This document shows positions 8,017 through 16,929 of a stretch of 55,960 nt of DNA, in pieces. The notes beneath the pieces are model-generated. The model saw nothing but the letters and a program-made list of their open reading frames with translations, was not told where the DNA came from and searched no databases. The first letter of the stretch is position 1. The number at the start of each line of letters is the position of its first letter. A program made the translations under genes and the position numbers. This DNA is from Bacteroidales bacterium (lineage in GTDB: Bacteria > Bacteroidota > Bacteroidia > Bacteroidales > VadinHA17): positions 1-55,960 of the forward strand of contig JBBRVC010000003.1 in assembly GCA_038247205.1 (NCBI GenBank). Reading direction: 5' to 3'.

Positions 8017-9222
8017 ATGCTTACAAACCGTCAAATGTTCCAGATAAACCTGGGGCAAACTTCATCAACCCCTCTGATGCTTGAGATTGTAAGGGCAGAA
8101 GGGGTTTATATGTACGGTCCCGAAGGTCAGAAATATCTCGATCTTATTTCCGGAGTCTCTGTCAGCAACACCGGACATCGCCACCCTAGAGTTATTGAAG
8201 CTATTAAACATCAGCTCGACAATTATCTTCATCTGATGGTATATGGAGAGATTATCCAGTCACCTCAGGTTTTATATGCCAGCCGCCTTGCAGAAATTCT
8301 TCCCCCCGATCTCAGTAATGTATATTTTGTCAATTCAGGAAGCGAAGTAGTTGAAGGCGCTCTGAAACTGGCTAAAAGATATACCGGAAGAAGCAGGATT
8401 ATTTCTTTCCGCAATTCATACCACGGGAGTACACATGGCGCCTTAAGCATCCAGGGATGCGAAACGTTTAAAAACTCGTTCAGACCATTGCTGCCAGACA
8501 TTTTTTTTGCTGATTTCAACATTGTGAAATCACTTGAAGTAATTGACAATAATACGGCATGCGTCATTGTCGAACCTGTTCAGGGGGAAGCCGGTATAAT
8601 ATTTCCTCAAAATGATTTTCTGAGAAAGATCCGTAAAAGATGCGATGAAACAGGTTCGCTATTAATTTTTGATGAGATTCAAACTGCATTCGGACGAACC
8701 GGCTTTATGTTTGCTAGCGATAGATTTGGTGTTATCCCCGATATTATTCTTCTTGCAAAAGCCCTTGGCGGAGGAATGCCACTTGGCGCTTTCATTTCTT
8801 CAAAAGAGATAATGTCTTCACTGATCTCAAATCCTCAGCTGGGACATATCACAACATTTGGGGGCCATCCTGTATCCTGTGCTGCAGGACTAGCCGCACT
8901 CGAAGTCATAATAAATGAGAATCTTGTTGCCGGTTCTGCTGAAAAATCATCTATTCTCAAGAAAGAACTGATTCATCCTCTCATTGAAGAGGTCAGAGGC
9001 GAGGGACTCTTCCTTGCTGTCAGAGTTATTCAACCGGAACTTATTCCGTATATTATTTCTCATGCTCCCGATTTTGGCCTGATTCTTGACTATTTTCTTT
9101 TCTGTAATAACGCTTTCCGTATAACACCGCCACTTACGATTACATATGAAGAATTATTATGGTCAACCGTCCAGATAAAAAAACTTCTGGATCACGCGAT
9201 AAAAAATGCTCTGAACAAATGA
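8017..9222 (+). CDS. Class-III PLP aminotransferase (acetylornithine aminotransferase-like)
   Basis: YLDLISG, NSGSE, SYHGST, VEPVQGEAG, LIFDEIQT.FGRTG, PLP lysine in LAKALGGG, TTFGGHP. Confidence 0.88.
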   Translation: MLTNRQMFQINLGQTSSTPLMLEIVRAEGVYMYGPEGQKYLDLISGVSVSNTGHRHPRVIEAIKHQLDNYLHLMVYGEIIQSPQVLYASRLAEILPPDLSNVYFVNSGSEVVEGALKLAKRYTGRSRIISFRNSYHGSTHGALSIQGCETFKNSFRPLLPDIFFADFNIVKSLEVIDNNTACVIVEPVQGEAGIIFPQNDFLRKIRKRCDETGSLLIFDEIQTAFGRTGFMFASDRFGVIPDIILLAKALGGGMPLGAFISSKEIMSSLISNPQLGHITTFGGHPVSCAAGLAALEVIINENLVAGSAEKSSILKKELIHPLIEEVRGEGLFLAVRVIQPELIPYIISHAPDFGLILDYFLFCNNAFRITPPLTITYEELLWSTVQIKKLLDHAIKNALNK

Positions 9223-10037
9223 GATATATTGTATTATTCACATTTATATTTGTATTCCCTGGTTCTTTCGCAGTCAATGCTCAGGAACAGGCATTATCGG
9301 AGAGTCTTGGCGGTTTGTTTTCACGTCTGGAAAAAAGCCGCGATGATGTCTTACGAAACAAAATAAATGACTCCATAATTACAATAATTGACAGATATGC
9401 AGTATCAGACTCGGTATTTGAACATAACTTTTCCAATCTCAGATACCTGGGGCAGATTACAGCTTCTGATGAAAAATTAAAAATTATAACCTGGAACCTG
9501 ATTCTTACCGATAGAACCAACAATTATTACTGCTATATAATTTGTAAAGGTGTTAAGGGGAAAGAAAATACATTATTTAAATTGACCGGGGAGAACTCAC
9601 CTGAACCCATTCTTGCAAATGCAGAATATACTAAAAACAAGTGGTATGGTGCATTGTATTACGACATGAGGCCGGTTAAAATTAAAAAGGAGCTGTTTTA
9701 TATTCTTCTTGGAATAGATTTCGGAAATAATCAGAATAACAGAAAAATAATTGATGTTCTGAGATTTACTGATAACGGGCTTGTTTTGGGGAAAAGATGG
9801 TTTCAGAATGGAAATAACATTCAACACAGGGTAGTGTTTGAATATGATGCTACAGGTTCAATGACTCTTAAATTCCGATCAGACAATTCAATAGTTTTCG
9901 ACCATTTGGTTCCGATTTCAACAGGTACGAAAAATGAGGATACCCGATACGGTGCTGAGTTCTCGTTCGACAGCTACAATTTTAAAAACGGGATATGGAA
10001 ATTTGAACGGAATGTTGATGTCAGAAATAAAGATTAG
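9219..10037 (+). CDS. Exported conserved hypothetical protein
   Basis: ATGA overlap with upstream stop; signal peptide MRYIVLFTFIFVFPGSFAVNA-Q; WYGALYY and IVFDHLVP segments. Confidence 0.75.
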   Translation: MRYIVLFTFIFVFPGSFAVNAQEQALSESLGGLFSRLEKSRDDVLRNKINDSIITIIDRYAVSDSVFEHNFSNLRYLGQITASDEKLKIITWNLILTDRTNNYYCYIICKGVKGKENTLFKLTGENSPEPILANAEYTKNKWYGALYYDMRPVKIKKELFYILLGIDFGNNQNNRKIIDVLRFTDNGLVLGKRWFQNGNNIQHRVVFEYDATGSMTLKFRSDNSIVFDHLVPISTGTKNEDTRYGAEFSFDSYNFKNGIWKFERNVDVRNKD

Positions 10038-10057
10038 CCATTTAGATTTTAACCCTG

Positions 10058-10576
10058 ATGACAAAAACTGATAAGACACATATTTTTTGTTTTGATGATT
10101 ACAGGAGCTTTTCAGAAGATGTAAAGAAAAGATTCCAGGATACAGCCAGGTATAAGGTGGTTTCATTCCCCACCCGGGAAGAGCTATTGAACCATCTTGA
10201 AGCAGATAAGATTAATCCTTTTTGTAAAATTGCCATTCTTGGCATGCATGATTCTAAGGAACAAATAAGTCTGATAGACAAACTATCTGTTGATATTAAA
10301 AAGATTGATCCAGGGACGGGGGTCATTCTTCTAATTCCTGCTGAACAAATGGCTGAAGTTACAAAAGCTGTGAAATTAAACATTGATGCATACATTCCAC
10401 GGAATACCAATGCGATACTAAGAATTCATAATATTGTAAAGAAACTTATTAGCGAAAACACTATAATCAGGTTCCGCAAAAGAAGGAATGTCTCTTTGAT
10501 AATCCTTTTCACATTTATTTTTGCTGCGGTACTTTTTTTAATATTTGCACGGTACCGGTTTCCACAGTACTTCTGA
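10058..10576 (+). CDS. Degenerate receiver (REC-like) domain protein with C-terminal transmembrane helix
   Basis: beta1 IFCFDD, beta3 IAILG, beta4 VILLI, beta5 DAYIPR; basic stretch RFRKRR then hydrophobic VSLIILFTFIFAAVLFLIFA. Confidence 0.7.
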   Translation: MTKTDKTHIFCFDDYRSFSEDVKKRFQDTARYKVVSFPTREELLNHLEADKINPFCKIAILGMHDSKEQISLIDKLSVDIKKIDPGTGVILLIPAEQMAEVTKAVKLNIDAYIPRNTNAILRIHNIVKKLISENTIIRFRKRRNVSLIILFTFIFAAVLFLIFARYRFPQYF

Positions 10577-10593
10577 TTTTTTGGTCGTTTAAA

Positions 10594-10633
10594 TGACTAT
10601 TTGTCAGTCTTCCCATTACGGCACATCTTTTGA
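10594..10633 (+). promoter_or_regulatory. htpG control region: TGAC-N5-GTCA palindrome plus sigma-54-like GGCAC-N5-TTGA
   Basis: TGACTATTTGTCA at 10594-10606; ACGGCACATCTTTTGA at 10618-10633. Confidence 0.5.
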
Positions 10634-10678
10634 AATGGAACGGCAAGATAATTTATGTTTAATATAAAAATTAAAAAT

Positions 10679-12721
10679 ATGCAAACTGGAAAGATAGGAG
10701 TAACAACCGAAAACATTTTCCCAATTATTAAAAAGTTTCTTTATTCTGATCATGAAATTTTCCTGCGGGAGCTCATTTCAAATGCGGTTGATGCCACTTT
10801 GAAGTTGAGAACTATGTCATCCGTAGGTGATTATAAAGGAGAAATGGGCGATACGGCTATCCGTGTTTATGTTGATAAGAAGAAAAAAACGATTACTGTC
10901 TCTGACAAGGGTATTGGAATGACACAGGAAGAAATCGATAAATATCTAAACCAGATTGCTTTTTCCAGCGCAAATGACTTCCTTGACAAATACAAGGACC
11001 AGACGAATATAATTGGCCATTTTGGCCTTGGCTTTTATTCATCTTTTATGGTATCCGATAAGGTTGAGGTTATCACTAAATCTTTTCAGGATGATGCTCC
11101 TGCGGTTAAATGGATCTGCGACGGGAGCCCTGAATTCTCAATAGAGGAGGTTACAAAGGAAAACCGGGGGACGGATGTAATTCTTCATATTGATAAAGAG
11201 TCGAAAGATTTTCTTGAAGATGGGAAAGTAGAACAACTGCTGAAAAAATACTGCAAATTTCTTCCGGTTGAGATTGTCTTTGGAAAAGAACAGGAATGGA
11301 AAGACGGAAAATATGTTGATACAGGTAAGGATAAAATTATCAATAACACAAAACCTGCCTGGACTCAAAAGCCCGCAGATCTCAAAGAGGAAGATTATCT
11401 GAAGTTTTACAGGGAGCTATACCCGGTTGGTGATGAACCTTTATTTAATATTCATCTTAATGTTGATTATCCTTTTAAACTTACTGGAATACTATATTTC
11501 CCCAAAATAAAAAGTAATATAGAAATCCAGAAGAATAAGATACAACTATATAGTAATCAGGTTTTTGTTACTGATTCAGTTGAAGGCATTGTTCCTGAAT
11601 TTCTCACCCTTCTGCATGGAGTTCTTGATTCACCTGATATCCCTCTAAATGTTTCGAGAAGTTACCTGCAGAGTGATTCGAATGTGAAGAAGATATCAAG
11701 CCACATTACAAAGAAAGTTGCTGACCGGCTTAATGAAATCTTTAAAAATAACCGTGAGGAATTTGAGAAGAAATGGGATAATCTGAAGCTGTTTATTGAA
11801 TATGGCATGATAACGGATGAGAAATTCTATGATAAGGCTTTTAAGTTTGCTCTTCTAAAGAATACTGAGGACAAGTACTTTACATTTGAAGAGTATGAGA
11901 AATACATAAAAGAGAATCAGACCGATAAAAATAATACTCTTATCTATCTCTACTCAACAAGCAAAACCGATCAGTACACGTATATTGAGAATGCAAAAAA
12001 TAAAGGATATGACGTTCTATTACTCGATGGCCAGCTTGACATTCATCTGATAAACCAGCTTGAATCCAAGCTTAAGGATTCCAGATTCGTACGAGTTGAC
12101 TCAGAAATTGTTGATAAACTCATTCAGAAAGAGACAAACCGTGAATCAAAATTGACTGAGGAACAGCAGGAAGATCTGAAGAGTGTGTTTAATGTAAGCA
12201 TTAAATCTAAAGAGGTCTATAATGTAGTATTTGAATCTCTTGATGAAAATGAGGTTCCCGTTGTTATCACACAGTCTGAATTCATGAGAAGGATGAAGGA
12301 GATGGCACAATTCGGGGGAGGCATGAATTTCTATGGCGAACTGCCCGATAGTTTTAACCTTGTTGTTAATCCGAATCATCCGGTTATATCCAGGATCGCT
12401 GAGGATCTTCAGAATAATGAAGGTGATAAACTTGCAGAGAATAATGTTGAAAGGAAAAGGTTGAAGGAAGAGGCTGACTTTATGGAACAGGATCATAAAA
12501 AGAAAAAGGCTGATGAAATTTCACAGGTCGAGAATGATGATCTTGAGAAACTGCGCAGTGAACTCACCAATGTAGAAAACTCAAGGAAAGCGATACTTGA
12601 ATCATATGGTGCAGGAAATAAGATGGTTAAGCAACTTATTGATCTGGCCCTACTTGCAAACAATAAGCTGAGAGGGGAAGATTTAAATTCGTTTGTCAGA
12701 AGAAGCGTGGATTTACTGTAG
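10679..12721 (+). CDS. htpG: Molecular chaperone HtpG (Hsp90)
   Basis: LYSDHEIFLRELISNAVDA, DKGIGMT, IGHFGLGFYSSFMV, DSPDIPLNVSRSYLQ. ATG 10679 preferred; 10655 possible. Confidence 0.97.
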   Translation: MQTGKIGVTTENIFPIIKKFLYSDHEIFLRELISNAVDATLKLRTMSSVGDYKGEMGDTAIRVYVDKKKKTITVSDKGIGMTQEEIDKYLNQIAFSSANDFLDKYKDQTNIIGHFGLGFYSSFMVSDKVEVITKSFQDDAPAVKWICDGSPEFSIEEVTKENRGTDVILHIDKESKDFLEDGKVEQLLKKYCKFLPVEIVFGKEQEWKDGKYVDTGKDKIINNTKPAWTQKPADLKEEDYLKFYRELYPVGDEPLFNIHLNVDYPFKLTGILYFPKIKSNIEIQKNKIQLYSNQVFVTDSVEGIVPEFLTLLHGVLDSPDIPLNVSRSYLQSDSNVKKISSHITKKVADRLNEIFKNNREEFEKKWDNLKLFIEYGMITDEKFYDKAFKFALLKNTEDKYFTFEEYEKYIKENQTDKNNTLIYLYSTSKTDQYTYIENAKNKGYDVLLLDGQLDIHLINQLESKLKDSRFVRVDSEIVDKLIQKETNRESKLTEEQQEDLKSVFNVSIKSKEVYNVVFESLDENEVPVVITQSEFMRRMKEMAQFGGGMNFYGELPDSFNLVVNPNHPVISRIAEDLQNNEGDKLAENNVERKRLKEEADFMEQDHKKKKADEISQVENDDLEKLRSELTNVENSRKAILESYGAGNKMVKQLIDLALLANNKLRGEDLNSFVRRSVDLL

Positions 12722-12814
12722 TTTCCGTTTTTGGGTGCCGTGTACCCCTTTATTACAGGGTAACGGGTTGATTAAAAAAATATAATTAGGTTTGCATATA
12801 TTATTTAAACCGAA

Positions 12815-13336
12815 ATGGAAACTTTATCAGATATCCTTAAAATCACGCTTCCGGCTTTGATAGTTTTCCTGACAGCCTGGGTTCTCATTAGAAATTTAAT
12901 CAAAAATGATCAGGATAAGCGCAGACAGGAACTCATATTACAGAATAGCAGAACTGTCTTTCCGATTAAACTGCAGGCGTATGAGAGGATCATACTGTTG
13001 CTTGAAAGGATATCTCTTGAATCACTCCTTGTCAGAGTCTCAGTTGCAAGTATGAGTTCCTCCCAGCTTCATTCCGCACTCGTCACTGCTATCCGCAGTG
13101 AATATGAACACAACCTTTCACAACAGATTTATATGAGCCCCCAGGCATGGGAAGTTGTCAGAAACGCCCGTTCAAATATGATCAAGATAATCAATAGTGA
13201 AGCTGAAAAAATGCCTGAAACTTCTTCAGCTATGGATTTCAGCAAGCTTCTTCTTGAAAAAATCATGTCGCTCGACAAGGAACCTACACGGGCCGCAATT
13301 GAATACATAAAAGGTGAAGTGTCAAGGATGATATAA
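12815..13336 (+). CDS. Conserved membrane-anchored hypothetical protein
   Basis: N-terminal TM helix; LQAYERIILLLERI, IRSEYEHNLSQQIYMS; TAGGTTTG -7 box at 12787-12794. Confidence 0.75.
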   Translation: METLSDILKITLPALIVFLTAWVLIRNLIKNDQDKRRQELILQNSRTVFPIKLQAYERIILLLERISLESLLVRVSVASMSSSQLHSALVTAIRSEYEHNLSQQIYMSPQAWEVVRNARSNMIKIINSEAEKMPETSSAMDFSKLLLEKIMSLDKEPTRAAIEYIKGEVSRMI

Positions 13337-13342
13337 TGCAAT

Positions 13343-13372
13343 TTTGTATTTCAATATAACTTCCTAATTTTG
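13343..13372 (+). promoter_or_regulatory. Bacteroidota primary-sigma promoter of aspC
   Basis: TTTG (13343-13346), 18-nt spacer, TAATTTTG (13365-13372). Confidence 0.5.
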
Positions 13373-13410
13373 GTTCCTGACTAAATCAGTTTTACACTAT
13401 ACTAGCCCAT

Positions 13411-14604
13411 ATGGAATACTTATCAGACAGAATTAAGTCACTCTCTGTTTCTCAGACACTTGCCATGGCTCAGAAGAGCAGGGAATTAAAGGAAAAAGGT
13501 ATTGATATCATAAGCCTTAGCCTGGGAGAGCCTGATTTCAATACACCCGATTATATTAAAGAGGCTGCGAAAAAAGCGATTGATGATAATTTTACAAAAT
13601 ATCCCCCGGTACCGGGTTATTCCGACCTGCGTCAGGCTATTTCATTGAAATTTAAGGAAGAAAACGGTATCGATTATTCCCCGGAACAAATTATTGTATC
13701 TGCCGGAGGGAAGCATTCTCTTATTAATGTTATTCTGTCAATAGTAAATCCGGGAGATGAGGTAATTATACTTGCTCCCTACTGGGTAAGTTATTATGAT
13801 CAGGTAATAATTGCAGAAGGGAAACCGGTGGTTGTTGAAACTACTCTTGAAAATGATTTCAAAGTCAGTCCTGAGCAGCTTGAAGCTGCTATCACATCAA
13901 AAACACGGCTGATCATATTCAATTCTCCATCCAATCCTACCGGAATGGTTTACTCGGCCAGTGAAATAGAAAAATTAGCCAGAGTTGTTGAAAAGCATGA
14001 AGGAGTGTTTATAATTTCGGATGAGATTTACGAGCATATTATTTTTACCGGAGAGCATGTAAGTATGGCCTCGTTTGATTTTATTTACGACAGGGTTATT
14101 ACATTGAACGGAGTTTCCAAAGGATACGCCATGACCGGCTGGAGAATAGGTTACATTGGTGCACCATTATGGATAGCCAAAGCGTGCAATAAGTTGCAGG
14201 GCCAGTTCACTTCCGGTGTTTGTTCGATTGCACAACGAGCTGCACTGGCTGCTATAAAGGGAAAAGACAACTCAAAAGAGATAATGAAGGAAGCCTTTCA
14301 CCGCAGGCGTGATCTGATTTGCAACCTCCTGAAAGAAATTCCCGGATTAAAAGTTGGTATTCCACAGGGTGCTTTCTATGTCATGCCTGAAATTACTTTT
14401 TATCTTGGTAAGTCTGATGGAGTAACCAAAATTAATAATTCAGATGATCTGGCTCTCTATCTTCTTGATAAAGCGCAGGTTGCTGTTGTTGGCGGAGATG
14501 CATTCGGAGCGCCTCAATGTATAAGAATATCCTATGCTAATTCTGATGAACTTCTGGTTGAGGCAGTAAAGAGGATAAAGTCAGCTCTCAAGCTGCTTAA
14601 TTAA
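13411..14604 (+). CDS. aspC: Class I/II PLP aminotransferase (aspartate aminotransferase)
   Basis: LGEPDFNTP, PYWVSY, NSPSNPTG, ISDEIYE, NGVSKGYAMTGWRIGY, IRISYA. Confidence 0.9.
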   Translation: MEYLSDRIKSLSVSQTLAMAQKSRELKEKGIDIISLSLGEPDFNTPDYIKEAAKKAIDDNFTKYPPVPGYSDLRQAISLKFKEENGIDYSPEQIIVSAGGKHSLINVILSIVNPGDEVIILAPYWVSYYDQVIIAEGKPVVVETTLENDFKVSPEQLEAAITSKTRLIIFNSPSNPTGMVYSASEIEKLARVVEKHEGVFIISDEIYEHIIFTGEHVSMASFDFIYDRVITLNGVSKGYAMTGWRIGYIGAPLWIAKACNKLQGQFTSGVCSIAQRAALAAIKGKDNSKEIMKEAFHRRRDLICNLLKEIPGLKVGIPQGAFYVMPEITFYLGKSDGVTKINNSDDLALYLLDKAQVAVVGGDAFGAPQCIRISYANSDELLVEAVKRIKSALKLLN

Positions 14605-14636
14605 TCAGGCTTGCATGAGAAAACATGGGGATCAAA

Positions 14637-15611
14637 TCATTTCGTAATTTTGCTGAAAAGATCCCTGAATATTGCATCCCTGTTAACAGATGACGCCATT
14701 CTGATAAAATGCCTTGAACGGTCGGTGCTGTAGGTTATCTGATCAGTTAAAATCGGACTATGCACAAGGTTGGTAGGTAACCAAGCTGGATTGACAAGCC
14801 AGGCTACTGCAGTAACATCCCAGATGACCTTCGACCATGTGTCTGCACCTCCACTGTATTCAATCGTAGAATTCAGAAGGTAGTCTGAAAGTTTAGTTTT
14901 TCCTTTTAGGTAGAAATTAAGTTCAGGGATTGTTGTAAGAAAGTGAGAGACAACAGGCTGACAAGGCATTATTACAACCGGTACACCTGAATTAAGGACG
15001 ACTTGGGCAGCCTTCACATCCTGCATCAGATTAAACTCTTTTTGATGAGGCCAATCCAGGCTATTACCACCTAACCAGACAACAACAATATTCTCAATAA
15101 TTTTTGGTTCGATCAGAATAGCCGAAGCTATATTGGTAATGCAGCCAATGGCAACAACATACAGAGGATTATCGGCAGTTGCTGTCCTGGCTTTTTTAAT
15201 AAGGTCGAGTGCTGCATCGCTCCTTACTGGACGGGAAACATCTTCAAGGTATCGGTCTGAGCCGCGAAAGGCAAAACCCTCTGATGATTTACCCAGCATA
15301 CCGAGAAGGCGAAGTATCTCCTGATAACTCTTCTCCATTCCATCACCTGCGCTTTCCGATCGGGTATTGAAATATGGCGCAGCATATACAGCTTCAAGCT
15401 GCATCTTATCTTTCGATAAGTATGCATATGCAAGAGCAAACTGATCGTCTATTTCGTTATATGTGTCGGTATCAAGAACCATTCTTACTTTCCCTTTAGG
15501 AAGTTCGAGCCTCTTAAGACGAATAGATTCATCCAGTTTTGGAAAATTCTGGGCTATAGCAACAGGGAAAGTGAATAAGATACACAGGAGTAAAAGAGTT
15601 TTTGACTTCAT
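14637..15611 (-). CDS. Nucleoside hydrolase (IU-NH family) with signal peptide
   Basis: LDTDTYNEIDDQFA Asp cluster, AIGCITNIASA, WLGG, EFNL..D, WDVTAVA; signal MKSKTLLLLCILFTFPVAIA-Q. Confidence 0.88.
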   Translation of the reverse strand: MKSKTLLLLCILFTFPVAIAQNFPKLDESIRLKRLELPKGKVRMVLDTDTYNEIDDQFALAYAYLSKDKMQLEAVYAAPYFNTRSESAGDGMEKSYQEILRLLGMLGKSSEGFAFRGSDRYLEDVSRPVRSDAALDLIKKARTATADNPLYVVAIGCITNIASAILIEPKIIENIVVVWLGGNSLDWPHQKEFNLMQDVKAAQVVLNSGVPVVIMPCQPVVSHFLTTIPELNFYLKGKTKLSDYLLNSTIEYSGGADTWSKVIWDVTAVAWLVNPAWLPTNLVHSPILTDQITYSTDRSRHFIRMASSVNRDAIFRDLFSKITK

Positions 15612-15649
15612 TTAGTTTAATAAGTTTAATTGATACAACTTGCTGAAAA

Positions 15650-16204
15650 TCAGATGTATTTATTATATGACACAATTTCTTCGGAAGGTTTTCTCCTTTT
15701 TTCTCTTTTTTCACTTAAACTATACCCCAAAGAGATCAGAAGCTCTACCCGTTTGGATCGGGGTATATTCAGGATCTTTTTAAGTTCCGGTTCATCAAAC
15801 CAGCCAAGAATACAGGATCCAATCCCTTCAGCTTCTGCCTGAAGACAAATGTTTCCTGCAGCTATTCCAATGTCAATGTGAGAGTAATCCTTGTCTTTTA
15901 ATGCAGCCCCGATTTTTGAGGTCAGATTCGGTTTTTCCCTTACTATTGCTATTATTACAGGAGCCTGGCTAACAAATGTGTTCATGCCAATTAGTTTCGA
16001 AGAAGAAGCCCGTGCCACTCTGTCTCTGATAGATGGTTCATCAATGACGATAAACTTCCATGGCTGGGCATTACATGCTGATGGGGCCATTCTTCCGGCC
16101 TCTAATAGCCTTTCTATCTTTTCCTTTTCAAGAGGTCTCTCACTGTATTTTCTATCGCTCTGTCGGCTTTTAATCAGTTCGAGCAATTCTTTACCATCAA
16201 TCAT
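15650..16204 (-). CDS. Nitroreductase family protein
   Basis: SRQSDRKY, APSACNAQPWKF, DIGIA, AEGIGSCILGWF, LISLGY. Confidence 0.92.
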   Translation of the reverse strand: MIDGKELLELIKSRQSDRKYSERPLEKEKIERLLEAGRMAPSACNAQPWKFIVIDEPSIRDRVARASSSKLIGMNTFVSQAPVIIAIVREKPNLTSKIGAALKDKDYSHIDIGIAAGNICLQAEAEGIGSCILGWFDEPELKKILNIPRSKRVELLISLGYSLSEKREKRRKPSEEIVSYNKYI

Positions 16205-16268
16205 CAGATAAGGTTATATTATAAATTCATAGACAGAGTATTATTGTCCAAGCATTAAAAAAGTATGA

Positions 16269-16847
16269 CTAGTAATTTTCTGATTTCAGTTCAAAGTATG
16301 CTGTAGGGTGCAGGCAGGCAGGACAATTTTGCAAAGGTTTTGTTCCAAAATGAACATAGCCGCATTTTCTGCAATACCAGAAGACTTTATCGTCACGCTC
16401 AAAAACTTTATTCTGCATTACATTCTCAAGCAGTTTTCTGTATCTCTCTTCATGAGTTTTTTCAGCCATGGCAATTGCTTTGAAGGCTGTTGCAACATTT
16501 TTGAATCCTTCCACTTCTGCGATCCTTGCAAATGCCGGGTATAAGTCGCTCCACTCTTCATGCTCACCTTCAGCTGCTGCAAGAAGGTTTTCTTTTGTAG
16601 TATCTATTTTGCCACCTGGATATGATGCAGTTATCTCAACCATACCACCTTCGAGAAACCTGAAGAAGCGCTTGGCATGCTGCTGTTCCTGCAATGCAGT
16701 TTCAAGAAATATCCCAGCAATCTGCTCATATCCTTCTTCTTTCGCAACTTTTGCGGCGAATTCATAACGGTTTTTTGCCTGTGATTCACCGGCAAATGCT
16801 TTTAGAAGGTTTTTTTCAGTCTGTGTTCCTTTTAAGCTTTTTTCCAT
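16269..16847 (-). CDS. rbr: Rubrerythrin
   Basis: AFAGESQAKNRY, ExxH di-iron motifs (QEQQHA, EKTHE), C-terminal CRKCGY...CPACLHP rubredoxin-like domain. Confidence 0.95.
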   Translation of the reverse strand: MEKSLKGTQTEKNLLKAFAGESQAKNRYEFAAKVAKEEGYEQIAGIFLETALQEQQHAKRFFRFLEGGMVEITASYPGGKIDTTKENLLAAAEGEHEEWSDLYPAFARIAEVEGFKNVATAFKAIAMAEKTHEERYRKLLENVMQNKVFERDDKVFWYCRKCGYVHFGTKPLQNCPACLHPTAYFELKSENY

Positions 16848-16929
16848 ATGTGAAAATTTTATAATGGTTTTTATTTGAAATATATTGAATCGATAAATAT
16901 AATAAAAAGTTCAGGCTAAATAAATGAGA

